Part shown: in pieces, positions 1-7,827 of the stretch
How the letters are laid out: each line of letters opens with the position of its first letter
How positions within the stretch are numbered: position 1 is the first letter of the stretch
Program-made: the position numbers and the translations under genes
Notes under the pieces: model-generated
Databases searched by the model: none
What the model saw: the letters and a program-made list of their open reading frames with translations, nothing else
What the model was told of the DNA's origin: nothing
Virus record (IMG/VR): IMGVR_UViG_3300001525_000450
Span: 1 to 51,555 of that record
Direction: 5' to 3' (one strand)
Length of the DNA stretch: 51,555 bases
Origin: a virus

Positions 1-75
1 AAACATGTCTGGATTCAAAACCATGTAACCAGAACCCCAAGAGAAACACATTTGATCTTTGCCTTTGATTGGCTC
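1..75. repeat. 75-bp terminal direct repeat, copy 1 (identical to 51481..51555); most likely circular-assembly overlap
   Basis: Bases 1-75 (aaacatgtctggattc...tgattggctc) recur base-for-base at 51481-51555. The repeat lies inside a coding frame that reads across the junction. Confidence 0.95.
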
Positions 76-78
76 CAT
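1..78 (-). CDS. 5' part of a 49-aa junction-spanning hypothetical protein (MEPIKGKDQMCFSWGSGYMVLNPDMFYRLPQKRQDQIIAAVCKAAERSK); continues from 51480 to 51409
   Basis: ATG at 78..76 is preceded by a GGGAGGAG RBS that overlaps the rSAM stop. The frame stays open through base 1, continues from 51480, and ends with a TAA overlapping the kinase ATG (TAATG). Confidence 0.5.
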   Translation of the reverse strand, partial: MEPIKGKDQMCFSWGSGYMVLNPDMF

Positions 79-85
79 TTATATC

Positions 86-1063
86 TTACTCCTCCCAAGG
101 ACGTTTGTAAAGAGTTTTGCACAAATGTTTATTGTTTTTCGAAATGCTTCGAGCATAGCTCAAAATCTTGTCATTGGGTTCTGGCATATCTTCTTTGCCA
201 CGGCCATCAGGCAACAACCCAACACGATGACTCAATGCGTTGCACCCATAGCAGGGCTTGAAACTTCGTTCACCTGCATACAACAGAATTCGAGCAGCTT
301 CGAATCGTTTACTGTACCAAATGTTCTCAATGCTCTGCTCCATGATGTTGCCAATTGGGTACTCACCACGGAAGTCATTACAGCAGATTGCCACAGAGCC
401 GTCATAGCGGATCGCCAGCTCTCTGAAAGGACGAGCGCACCGTTTACCCTGATAGGACGTGTCAAGAGGTCCAGCTGCTCCACAGTGGTTGCACAGATGA
501 CGATTGATAGCTTTCTCTTTTTGAATCGGAGGATTGAACAAAACGCGGAAGCCATTAGCATTTGTACTGTACAAAGGAACCTTGGGTGCCAGATGTTCAA
601 TCTTCAGATCAGATACTTCCTGAAGAGCGTCCTCAATCGTTCGAGCATCACCTTTGTCAGCATAATAGTCGATGATCAGATCGTTAAGGCCAGCATCTCT
701 CAGAGCATAGACTCGATCAACAATAGTCTTTTGATCTGCTACCATGCCAAACCCATTGACAATGCCATAGCCATTGCTCATCATAGACATGACCGCTTTG
801 GGAAAAGCCTTTCTGAACATCTTGATGATTCTAACTGCATTAGAGTTAAGGGTTGGTTCTCCATGCATAGAGAAGATAAATCTGCTGTGCCAGCCAACAC
901 GTTTGACTTCAGCAATAATTCGCTCTGCAGTTTCTTTCTTCATGCGGTACCAAGGCTGAGTTCCTTTCTCTCGCATGCCACGAAGACCACAGAATTTGCA
1001 TCCCAGATTGCAGCCCTCATTCAGCTCAATCTGAATAGAATATGGTGGGCTCTGTTTTCTCAC
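86..1063 (-). CDS. radical SAM enzyme with C-terminal SPASM/twitch-like Cys-rich domain
   Basis: CNLGCKFC (CxxxCxxC) near the N-terminus. C-terminal CARPF..DGSVAICCNDF..GNI..SIENIW..CYGC resembles a SPASM domain. GTG start at 1063 follows GGGAGGA and overlaps the upstream stop as GTGA; the ORF-track ATG at 1084 is an alternative. Confidence 0.85.
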   Translation of the reverse strand: MRKQSPPYSIQIELNEGCNLGCKFCGLRGMREKGTQPWYRMKKETAERIIAEVKRVGWHSRFIFSMHGEPTLNSNAVRIIKMFRKAFPKAVMSMMSNGYGIVNGFGMVADQKTIVDRVYALRDAGLNDLIIDYYADKGDARTIEDALQEVSDLKIEHLAPKVPLYSTNANGFRVLFNPPIQKEKAINRHLCNHCGAAGPLDTSYQGKRCARPFRELAIRYDGSVAICCNDFRGEYPIGNIMEQSIENIWYSKRFEAARILLYAGERSFKPCYGCNALSHRVGLLPDGRGKEDMPEPNDKILSYARSISKNNKHLCKTLYKRPWEE

Positions 1064-2013
1064 TTTGATTCCTCCCAGAAACATTTGATTCTCTTGCTGC
1101 CATGGATCTTATGATAGGCTGTCCAATTGATGTCACCCCACATATAGTCACCATCGGCATCTCTGAAGCTGGTTCGCAGATAGTCCTTGATTGGGTATTT
1201 CTGCAACATATTGTATTCGTATCGATGAAGCTCTTTCTCAGTTTCAGGAGTACGAATAACACTATCGCACTTCTCACTCACATAGTCATATGTCAAGCAA
1301 GGAATATTGAAGCAGTGACCACCATTGGCAAGAATGACAGCACAGAACCCAATGTCGTCACCGTGACGATCAAAAATCATGTCACGATCAATCTTTGCCT
1401 TGTAAAGACCCTTGACATTTATCAAAGTGACCTGACGAGGGGTTGGACCGGAATCAACGATGTATTTCAGCTTGGCATTTTCCACATGCTGGGACATCCG
1501 TTGACGACGAATGTTACCCAAATAGACCTTTGGGTATGTCTTAAAAACTTCTTTGCCAATGACACCAGCCATTGTCAGAACTTTTTGCTCGAGCAGTGGA
1601 TCTGCTTCTCGATCTGCATTGATAGCATGCTTAGAACAAGGATTGCCAGACCCAGAGAACCCATCGTACATATACGCAAGATTGCGAATATCATCATCCA
1701 TGTCAATGATCATTGAATACTTATGCTCAGCGGCATACTCATAGATGAATTGACGAGTGCTGGCCAACCCATTGATTGGCAGATGAAAGTCTTTTGCGAT
1801 GGGTAGAATGTGAAGATTTGGATTTGCCTTTCGATAGGCTTTTGCTTGTTCCGGACGAACAACAATATGGATCTTTTCAAGAGCTTCTGGTTCAAAATTC
1901 TTGAACATCTCAGCAGTTACAAAGTGAGGTCTGTTGTACGAGGGAACAAATATATGAGGAAGTTGATTCACAGACAAGCTGTTAAGGTGTCTGTACATTT
2001 CTTGCTTTTTCAT
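1060..2013 (-). CDS. GT-A fold glycosyltransferase-like protein (candidate DNA-base glycosyltransferase)
   Basis: N-terminal IFVPSYNRP (GT2-type PxYNR motif) and DMDDD (DxD motif). GAGGTGA RBS upstream of ATG 2013. Sits directly upstream of, and is translationally coupled to, the rSAM gene. Confidence 0.55.
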   Translation of the reverse strand: MKKQEMYRHLNSLSVNQLPHIFVPSYNRPHFVTAEMFKNFEPEALEKIHIVVRPEQAKAYRKANPNLHILPIAKDFHLPINGLASTRQFIYEYAAEHKYSMIIDMDDDIRNLAYMYDGFSGSGNPCSKHAINADREADPLLEQKVLTMAGVIGKEVFKTYPKVYLGNIRRQRMSQHVENAKLKYIVDSGPTPRQVTLINVKGLYKAKIDRDMIFDRHGDDIGFCAVILANGGHCFNIPCLTYDYVSEKCDSVIRTPETEKELHRYEYNMLQKYPIKDYLRTSFRDADGDYMWGDINWTAYHKIHGSKRIKCFWEESK

Positions 2014-2025
2014 GAATTCACCTCA

Positions 2026-2058
2026 TAAAAAGTGCCCTCCCATGGGCTGAGAGGGCAT
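2026..2058 (-). terminator. intrinsic terminator-like hairpin between the SSB gene and the glycosyltransferase gene
   Basis: On the minus strand, UGCCCUC..(11-nt loop)..GAGGGCA is followed by CUUUUUAU. It lies 18 nt after the SSB stop and immediately before the GT RBS. Confidence 0.55.
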
Positions 2059-2076
2059 TTCAGTGATCAGGAGAGA

Positions 2077-2775
2077 TTATTCCTCTTCCCAATCGTCATC
2101 GTCGTCCTCGTCATCTTCTTCGACGGGTTCCGGCTTCTTCTTGGTTTTCTTTGCAGGTGCTTTCTTGGCAGGAGCTTTCTTCTTGGGGGCAGGCTTTTCC
2201 TCCTCTTCCTCGGAGTCATCCTCATCCTCGTCCCAGTCATCGTCCTCATCCTCTTCAGGATCAGGCTTCTTCTTGGCCGGAGCTTTCTTTCCTGCAGGCT
2301 TCTTCTTGGGCTTCGGAGCTTCCTCCTCGACTTCCTCCTCGTCCTCAGCAACATCCTCTTCATCGAAGCTGTCCTCATCCTCATCGTCATCATCCGACTT
2401 GGTTGCACCAGGCTTCAGATAGTCACTGACTCGAGCACGAATCTGACCGTTGTACTCCTCGTGAGTGACATTGATGTTCAGGGTCTTGCCGATCATGTTG
2501 TCAAGATCAACAGCGACCTTGCCATCGCATTTCATGCCGATGATCTGCAGCAGAGACTTGAACTTCCACAGAGCCTTGTCGGTGAGAACCAGATTGTCAA
2601 ATACCTTGACACCCTTGTCATCACCGGAAAGAATCTCAAAAGCAACCTGCAGCATGGGGTCACCACCCTGAGTATTCTTTTCCTGGATGTCAGAGATCTT
2701 GACATGATGGATACCCTCGCTTGCGCGCTGGAATGCCTCAACATTGGTAAAATCGATTTTAACTTTGCGTGCCAT
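2077..2775 (-). CDS. DUF669-type phage single-stranded DNA-binding protein with long charged low-complexity tail
   Basis: MARKVKIDF start with a GGAGG RBS; the ORF-track start at 2817 lies upstream of that RBS. The core ISDIQEKNTQGGDPMLQVAFEILSGDDKGVKVFDNLVLTDKALWKFKSLL fits the DUF669 pattern. The tail alternates D/E runs with KKAPAKK repeats and ends DDDDDWEEE. It sits next to the Sak4-like ATPase. Confidence 0.75.
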   Translation of the reverse strand: MARKVKIDFTNVEAFQRASEGIHHVKISDIQEKNTQGGDPMLQVAFEILSGDDKGVKVFDNLVLTDKALWKFKSLLQIIGMKCDGKVAVDLDNMIGKTLNINVTHEEYNGQIRARVSDYLKPGATKSDDDDEDEDSFDEEDVAEDEEEVEEEAPKPKKKPAGKKAPAKKKPDPEEDEDDDWDEDEDDSEEEEEKPAPKKKAPAKKAPAKKTKKKPEPVEEDDEDDDDDWEEE

Positions 2776-2816
2776 GATAGATACCTCCAAAATAGTGTTG
2801 TATATTTCCAAAGGCA

Positions 2817-3587
2817 TTATGCCTGTTGGTCAGTAGGATTCTCTTGGTTAAGGCCAAGAATTTTGATGAGCTTCTGATATGTGAGATCACGAACCTGAGC
2901 AGGAACTTTCAGATCCTTGGGCTTTTGGAGCTTGGTCCAATAATAAGGGTTCGGACCGATCTGACAGATATAGGTTGCAATTGTTTTATCAACCCCATCA
3001 ACAGTGATCTCTTTCTTTTTGATCAGGGTGTGAAGCCCATAATTAGACATGCCCTCAAGATATGTTCGAGCACCTTTTGTTGTGCTTGGGTGGATATCAG
3101 GAAGAATTTCGTCTTCCATACCCTCAAAGGAATCACTGACTTCATGACAACTGGCAAGAACCCAACAATGCTCAGCCAAACGATGGCAAAGACGAATGAG
3201 TTCTTCTGTCTCTGTTTTCAGATCACCCCACATCTGCTGAGTCATCTTCTTGTTCTTGTCAATTGCATTTTCCTTGATCCAGATATTCGTGACCATAGAA
3301 AATGTATCAGCGAATACTGTCTTATATTTGAGTTTCCCATGTTCTGCCGAATCGATTAGCTCCTTGAGTACTGCAGAGAGTTCTGCAAGATTTTTAATCC
3401 GTAAAGCCTTGATACCTTTCTTGGATTTGATGGTGTTGCTACCATCATCACCGACCTGAAGATATAGCATAGGCTTCGGAAAAGTAGAACCCAACTCTGT
3501 TTTGCCAGAGCCAGACTTGCCGTAAATCGTGACAAACTTATGCTGACCCAAATCAGCAATGTCAACGACCTGAGAAAGATATCCCAT
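2817..3587 (-). CDS. Sak4-like RecA-fold ATPase (AAA_24 family) recombination protein
   Basis: Walker A GKSGSGKT, AAGGAG RBS. Typical synteny with the DUF669 SSB and a Cas4-like exonuclease. Confidence 0.8.
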   Translation of the reverse strand: MGYLSQVVDIADLGQHKFVTIYGKSGSGKTELGSTFPKPMLYLQVGDDGSNTIKSKKGIKALRIKNLAELSAVLKELIDSAEHGKLKYKTVFADTFSMVTNIWIKENAIDKNKKMTQQMWGDLKTETEELIRLCHRLAEHCWVLASCHEVSDSFEGMEDEILPDIHPSTTKGARTYLEGMSNYGLHTLIKKKEITVDGVDKTIATYICQIGPNPYYWTKLQKPKDLKVPAQVRDLTYQKLIKILGLNQENPTDQQA

Positions 3588-3599
3588 ATGTCATACTCC

Positions 3600-4574
3600 T
3601 TAAATGAACTTTGAGTCATCACGCTCATGAATTTCGTATTCACGGGCAATGAGATTATCAACATCTCCCTCGGTCAATTCTGTGAAGCAGATATCTCTAT
3701 ATTCACAGAACTTACAATCAGGAGTCATGTTTTTTGTCTTATTCTTGTGACCTTGTCGTACAATATCACGACATGTGTATTTGAACCCATCGAAAATATT
3801 GTCAACCATAGAGGGTACAATATCAAGTTCACAACGGAAAAAGAAATTGCTGACATTATTGGCATACATATTGCCTTGTCGCAAGATCTCAATATCCGTG
3901 ATACCTTTGAGCTCACAAGCACGTCGCCAAGAAAAGGGTGTGATGTTATTGCTTTTTGCTTGAGAAAATTTTCCTGACTTGGGCAACCAAATTGGCATAG
4001 AAGCAGGAGTTGAATGAATGTAGTCCCAGATGAAAGACTTTGGCATGACCCCTGTCATGATGTACATGGCCTTTGCGTAAAGGTTCTTCTGAGTGTTCAT
4101 GACCAAGACATTCTGATCAGGCTTGCGATTGAATGTCTTATGATCACCCAGCTTGCACATCTTCTCACCGTTTCGTCTATACTTGTAGACTTCATCGATG
4201 ATGCCATTGAAGATGATTGGTTCACCCTTGTAAGACCCAATCTCAATCTCAAATGGACGTTCCGTCTGGGTCGGCTGAGGAGAGTCTTTATAGATCTCTA
4301 TGTAGTCAGAGAAGATCGACTGCAGATTGAAGAGATAATCCTCACCGAGCTCTTCTTGCCATTTGGGTGGAAGATCATAATATGCATCCCCAATAGCTTT
4401 TTGAGCTTGAGCAAGTTCTTCAGGTCTGTTACGAAGCTCAAGGAGCTTGTGAAAGTCTGTACCAAAATACAAAGGCTTCACTGGAGCATTTTTGCGAAGA
4501 CCCACATAATACCCAAGATAATGTTTATATGGGCATCGTAGATAGGATGCAAATCGTGAATAAGAAAATTTCAT
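3600..4574 (-). CDS. PD-(D/E)XK exonuclease, Cas4/RecB-like
   Basis: N-terminal FSYSRFASYLRCPYKHYL and a C-terminal Cys cluster (CKFCEYRDIC), typical of Cas4-like phage exonucleases. GAGAGG RBS. Confidence 0.7.
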   Translation of the reverse strand: MKFSYSRFASYLRCPYKHYLGYYVGLRKNAPVKPLYFGTDFHKLLELRNRPEELAQAQKAIGDAYYDLPPKWQEELGEDYLFNLQSIFSDYIEIYKDSPQPTQTERPFEIEIGSYKGEPIIFNGIIDEVYKYRRNGEKMCKLGDHKTFNRKPDQNVLVMNTQKNLYAKAMYIMTGVMPKSFIWDYIHSTPASMPIWLPKSGKFSQAKSNNITPFSWRRACELKGITDIEILRQGNMYANNVSNFFFRCELDIVPSMVDNIFDGFKYTCRDIVRQGHKNKTKNMTPDCKFCEYRDICFTELTEGDVDNLIAREYEIHERDDSKFI

Positions 4575-4593
4575 GTTGACCTCTCAATGATTA

Positions 4594-4670
4594 TGGTCGA
4601 GATGACAGGATTCGAACCTGCGACATCTTGGTCCCAAACCAAGCATTCTACCTGCCTGAATTACATCTCG
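4594..4670 (-). tRNA. tRNA-Pro (anticodon UGG), CCA encoded
   Basis: The reverse complement folds as a cloverleaf: acceptor CGAGATG/CATCTCG, D stem ATTC/GAAT, anticodon stem CTTGG/CCAAG with loop TTTGGGA, T arm GCAGG-TTCGAAT-CCTGT, then A-CCA. Confidence 0.85.
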
Positions 4671-4954
4671 ATAAAATCTTGTGAGTGCCGGGAACACTCA
4701 CAAGAATGCGGGGACTGGTTCAGCACCGCGCTGTAGCAGCTTCTTCTGCCTTAGAATCGCCCTCGGATTCCTTTGAGCTGTTGTTTTTCACTACCTTTGA
4801 AGTTGGCCAAATCTCACTGGAGGTACAACAGTAACCTTGCCATATGATGTATATCAACGAGATGTGGACTCGTGATACCTTTGAAGACCCTCCATGAGGA
4901 TACCAAACTCATGGAGGGAGCAATAGGAAGAGGTTCAGACTTTGGCAAGTCTGA
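4671..4954 (-). other. structured non-coding spacer between the two tRNAs (several perfect hairpins)
   Basis: No convincing ORF. Hairpins at 4678-4704 (10-bp stem, followed on the minus strand by AUUUUAU), 4888-4918 (11-bp stem) and 4935-4954 (7-bp stem abutting the tRNA-Thr 3' end). Confidence 0.5.
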
Positions 4955-5030
4955 TGGTGCCAGAAACAGGACTCGAACCTGCAATCAGCTGATTACAAAA
5001 CAGTCGCACTACCAATTGTGCTATCCTGGC
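4955..5030 (-). tRNA. tRNA-Thr (anticodon UGU), CCA encoded
   Basis: Acceptor GCCAGGA/TTCTGGC, D arm GCAC-AATTGGTA-GTGC, T arm GCAGG-TTCGAGT-CCTGT, A-CCA. The anticodon loop TTTGTAA is closed by only three Watson-Crick pairs, with mismatches at 27-43 and 31-39. Confidence 0.7.
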
Positions 5031-5249
5031 ATAGAATGCTTGGGACAGTAGGATCCCAAGCAGACTGTAAAGAAGCATACTATGAAAACGGAGAATTTTT
5101 ATGACTATTCAGAACACCCTGCAGCATGGAGGTATTGATGATCCCTACTGATCATGGCTCTGTGTCTATGCGGACTTGCCACCGCTATCATACGAGGTTG
5201 CTTGCTCCCTGTATGACAGTCACATTACAGGGGAATTTTCCCCTGGGGA

Positions 5250-5600
5250 TCAGGCATCCTCGTACTCATCGTCGTCGACATCTTCCTCGTCGTCAACGAC
5301 CTCAGGCTCCGGAGCTTTCTTGGCTTTCTTGGCAGGCTTTGCAGCAGTCTTCTTGGCAGCAGGGGCTTTCTTCGCGGACTTCTTCTTTTCGGGTTCCTTT
5401 TCCTCGGTCACACGAGATGCACAGCGAGGAGTCTTGGCATCGATCTGCTTGCCAGTCTCACGGTCGAATGTGGTGGTGCGGCCGTTCTTCTGAACGATAG
5501 AGATCGTCTTCTTGTCAGAGGCAGTGATCTCGAACTCGCCGAGATACATGCCAGTGAATGCATACATGTGGATTTTTTCGCCTTTCTTACGAGTGATCAT
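5250..5600 (-). CDS. small protein with Lys/Ala/Pro-rich basic segment and acidic C-terminal tip (DNA-binding-like)
   Basis: GGAGG RBS, own promoter upstream. C-terminal half is EKKKSAKKAPAAKKTAAKPAKKAKKAPEPEVVDDEEDVDDDEYEDA. Confidence 0.7.
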   Translation of the reverse strand: MITRKKGEKIHMYAFTGMYLGEFEITASDKKTISIVQKNGRTTTFDRETGKQIDAKTPRCASRVTEEKEPEKKKSAKKAPAAKKTAAKPAKKAKKAPEPEVVDDEEDVDDDEYEDA

Positions 5601-5652
5601 TGTTGTGTCCTCCTATAGACATTAGATTTTGTTAAGGTTTAACCTTGAATAT

Positions 5653-5681
5653 ATTGTACTCCTTTTGGAGTAGTTTGTAAA
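5653..5681 (-). promoter_or_regulatory. promoter of the conserved phage family (TTTACA-17-TACAAT)
   Basis: Minus strand reads caaaaggtcTTTACAaactactccaaaaggagTACAATat, upstream of the gene starting at 5600. Confidence 0.7.
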
Positions 5682-5707
5682 GACCTTTTGTTGAATTTTC
5701 TGAAATT

Positions 5708-6028
5708 TTATTCAACAACATTGACTTCGCCGTTGACCATACAGTTCTTCAAAGAGATCAGCTCATTCTGAGCAAAAGACTTGCAGGCTTTGAATGCCCT
5801 GGTCTTTTCAGTTTTGCTGAATTTGTTGAAAAACATACGCTTGGCATCATCAACATAAAATGGATCAAAGAAATTGAAGTCACCAGTGAGCTCATAAAGC
5901 TGCTGAAAGAGCTTTTCAAGAGCAAGAATACCATCGCCACAGTTGAGCTCTTTGTAGTTCCAGTTGAACTGCTTGACCAGTTTTGCAGCTTCGTTGACTT
6001 TGCTGACAGAATATGTTGCCTTTTCCAT
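5708..6028 (-). CDS. hypothetical protein (106 aa)
   Basis: MEKATYSVSK start with a GGAGG RBS. The ORF-track start at 6142 would lie upstream of the promoter at 6069-6097. Confidence 0.65.
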   Translation of the reverse strand: MEKATYSVSKVNEAAKLVKQFNWNYKELNCGDGILALEKLFQQLYELTGDFNFFDPFYVDDAKRMFFNKFSKTEKTRAFKACKSFAQNELISLKNCMVNGEVNVVE

Positions 6029-6068
6029 TTTGAGTACCTCCGTTGCTTGTTTCTTCCTTACAAGTAAC

Positions 6069-6097
6069 ATTGTACTCTCATTGCTGACAATTGTAAA
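6069..6097 (-). promoter_or_regulatory. promoter of the conserved phage family (TTTACA-17-TACAAT)
   Basis: Minus strand reads aaaacctcTTTACAattgtcagcaatgagagTACAATgt, between the polymerase stop and the next gene. Confidence 0.7.
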
Positions 6098-6126
6098 GAG
6101 GTTTTGCGAAAATATTTTGAAAAATT

Positions 6127-7821
6127 TTAATGTGTACCCCATGGACCCCAGCCAATGTCAATGTCCAAAGGAACTCGAAGTTCAACCCCAAAGTCATCAA
6201 GCACTTTTGGGTGAAGCATGACTCTGCGGATGACAGAGTCTACATAGTCTTTGTCTTCAATCCGGCACTCTCCAATAATTGAGTCATGAACTGTAGCACC
6301 GATCCAAGCAACACCCTTGAGTTCCTTATTGATTTGAGTTGCAGCAGAGATCAGCAAGTCAGACCCAGAACCCTGAACAGGTGTATTGATAGATCGCCTG
6401 GCAGCACTGGCTCGCTCCCATTTGTTCTGGGAATAGATCAAGGGAAGTTTCCTGAATCGACCAAACAGATTATACACGCCACCCTGAGCTTCACACAGTT
6501 GCTCTTGCTCTTGATGCCAAGGAAGCAGTCTTGAATACTTGGCAAAGAACAATTCACGAATATGCTCAGCTTCTTGTGGTGTAAATGTTTGACCATAGCT
6601 ATTGAGAGCATATGCAACGAACTTCTTTGCCATCATACCATAAAGGAACCCGAAATTGACAGCTTTGGCCTTGCCACGTTCCTCTTTTGTGGGTTCACGA
6701 CCACCAGTGAACAGCTTGGCGGTCTCAGTATGAATATCACCTTTCTCATGGTAGATCCGGAGCATGGTTTTCTCATTGGCATAATGAGCAGCGATACGCA
6801 ACTCCAGCTGAGAATAATCAGCTTCAAATAGGATCATGCCTGGAGCACCACTGAAGAGCCCTCGAATATCCTTTGTACGAGGAACCTGCTGAAGATTCGG
6901 GTTGCTCGAGCTGGTTCGTCCAGAAACAACATTAGTCAAGTTGAAGCTGGCATGAATTCGACTCTCATAGGAATCATCTTCCCATCTGTTAAGGAACATC
7001 TTATTTCTTGTAGCAGCATCTTTGTACTGCATCAAGATTGTAGGAATTTCATAACCTTTGCGAGCCAGTTTCTTCAGTGCAGAAGCCGAAGTAGATGGAG
7101 CGCCTTTGGGTGTCTGCTCAAATACAGGCATCTTCTCAAGATCATAGAATACATGAGCGACCTGAGCTGAGCTCGCCCAGTTGATATCATAATTGCTTTT
7201 GAGTTTGGCAAGAAGAGATTCTTCCTCTTTCTTGTACTTTGCTCGAACCACTTTTAACTGGTTAAGGTCTATGTACAATCCGTTGCGTTCAATGTCTCTA
7301 TATGCACAGTATGCGGGACGGAGCAGCTGAGTATAGATCTTGAGCTGTTGAGGGTTCGCTCGCTCCATAAAGAAATTGAAGAGCCCCCAGGTATACTTGA
7401 CGTCTTTCTTCAAATAAGGAACAATGCTCTGAGCACCAGAAGTCTTTTCTTTCTTTGCAATATCCCAATCTGGAACACCCAAGTATTCCTGTGCCATGTG
7501 TTTCAAACCATGCTCAGCAGAAAGATCATATGCTGTAGCAATCAGCATAACATCCTCATGAATCGGCAACTTGATCCCATAGGCTTGCTCAAGAAACAGT
7601 GTATCGAATTTGCCATTTTGAAATACTGTACGAACCTTGTGTTGTTTGAGTTTCTTTACAAGAGCTCTGAACCGATCTACTTGACCAGGCTTCTGCACAT
7701 TGAAGATGTATCCTTTGAAGATGGGTTCACCAACGTCTTTGGAAAGGCCAACACCAATGAATGTGACCTTGTCTTTGTATCGGTTAAGGCCTGTTGTTTC
7801 GATATCAATTGTAGCATACAA
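6127..7821 (-). CDS. family A DNA polymerase with 3'-5' exonuclease domain
   Basis: DIETTGL (Exo I), SSSNPNLQQVPR, KAVNFGFLYGM (motif B), VHDSII (motif C). AGAGGTGAG RBS. Confidence 0.95.
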   Translation of the reverse strand: MYATIDIETTGLNRYKDKVTFIGVGLSKDVGEPIFKGYIFNVQKPGQVDRFRALVKKLKQHKVRTVFQNGKFDTLFLEQAYGIKLPIHEDVMLIATAYDLSAEHGLKHMAQEYLGVPDWDIAKKEKTSGAQSIVPYLKKDVKYTWGLFNFFMERANPQQLKIYTQLLRPAYCAYRDIERNGLYIDLNQLKVVRAKYKKEEESLLAKLKSNYDINWASSAQVAHVFYDLEKMPVFEQTPKGAPSTSASALKKLARKGYEIPTILMQYKDAATRNKMFLNRWEDDSYESRIHASFNLTNVVSGRTSSSNPNLQQVPRTKDIRGLFSGAPGMILFEADYSQLELRIAAHYANEKTMLRIYHEKGDIHTETAKLFTGGREPTKEERGKAKAVNFGFLYGMMAKKFVAYALNSYGQTFTPQEAEHIRELFFAKYSRLLPWHQEQEQLCEAQGGVYNLFGRFRKLPLIYSQNKWERASAARRSINTPVQGSGSDLLISAATQINKELKGVAWIGATVHDSIIGECRIEDKDYVDSVIRRVMLHPKVLDDFGVELRVPLDIDIGWGPWGTH

Positions 7822-7827
7822 AATAGC

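Noticed and set aside
1-75. The 75-bp end repeat as a genuine physical direct terminal repeat or cos-type end
   Set aside because: It falls inside a small ORF in the middle of a translationally coupled operon. TerS and TerL are present. Assembly overlap of a circular or permuted genome is the simpler explanation, though only read-start analysis can settle it.
59-1114. 351-aa plus-strand ORF antisense to the radical SAM gene. Plus-strand ORFs at 1102-1716, 7348-8127, 10080-10835 and 50247-50987 are similar.
   Set aside because: The minus-strand partners carry clear family motifs. The plus-strand frames have none, and they lie in the minus-strand transcription arm.
2032-2877. Leu/Ser-rich plus-strand ORFs (2032-2877, 2063-2422, 2151-2429) and the Arg/Lys-rich minus-strand ORF 2067-2408
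   Set aside because: They are alternative-frame or mirror readings of the repetitive GAA/GAC/AAG-rich tail of the SSB gene. The same applies to 5126-5500 and 5176-5493 opposite the 5250-5600 gene.
4935-4954. Possible HDV-like (theta-type) ribozyme with its cleavage site at the 3' end of tRNA-Thr
   Set aside because: UCAGACU pairs with AGUCUGA like a 7-bp P1. Only 6 nt separate the strands, leaving no room for P2/P3/L3. It is a simple hairpin.
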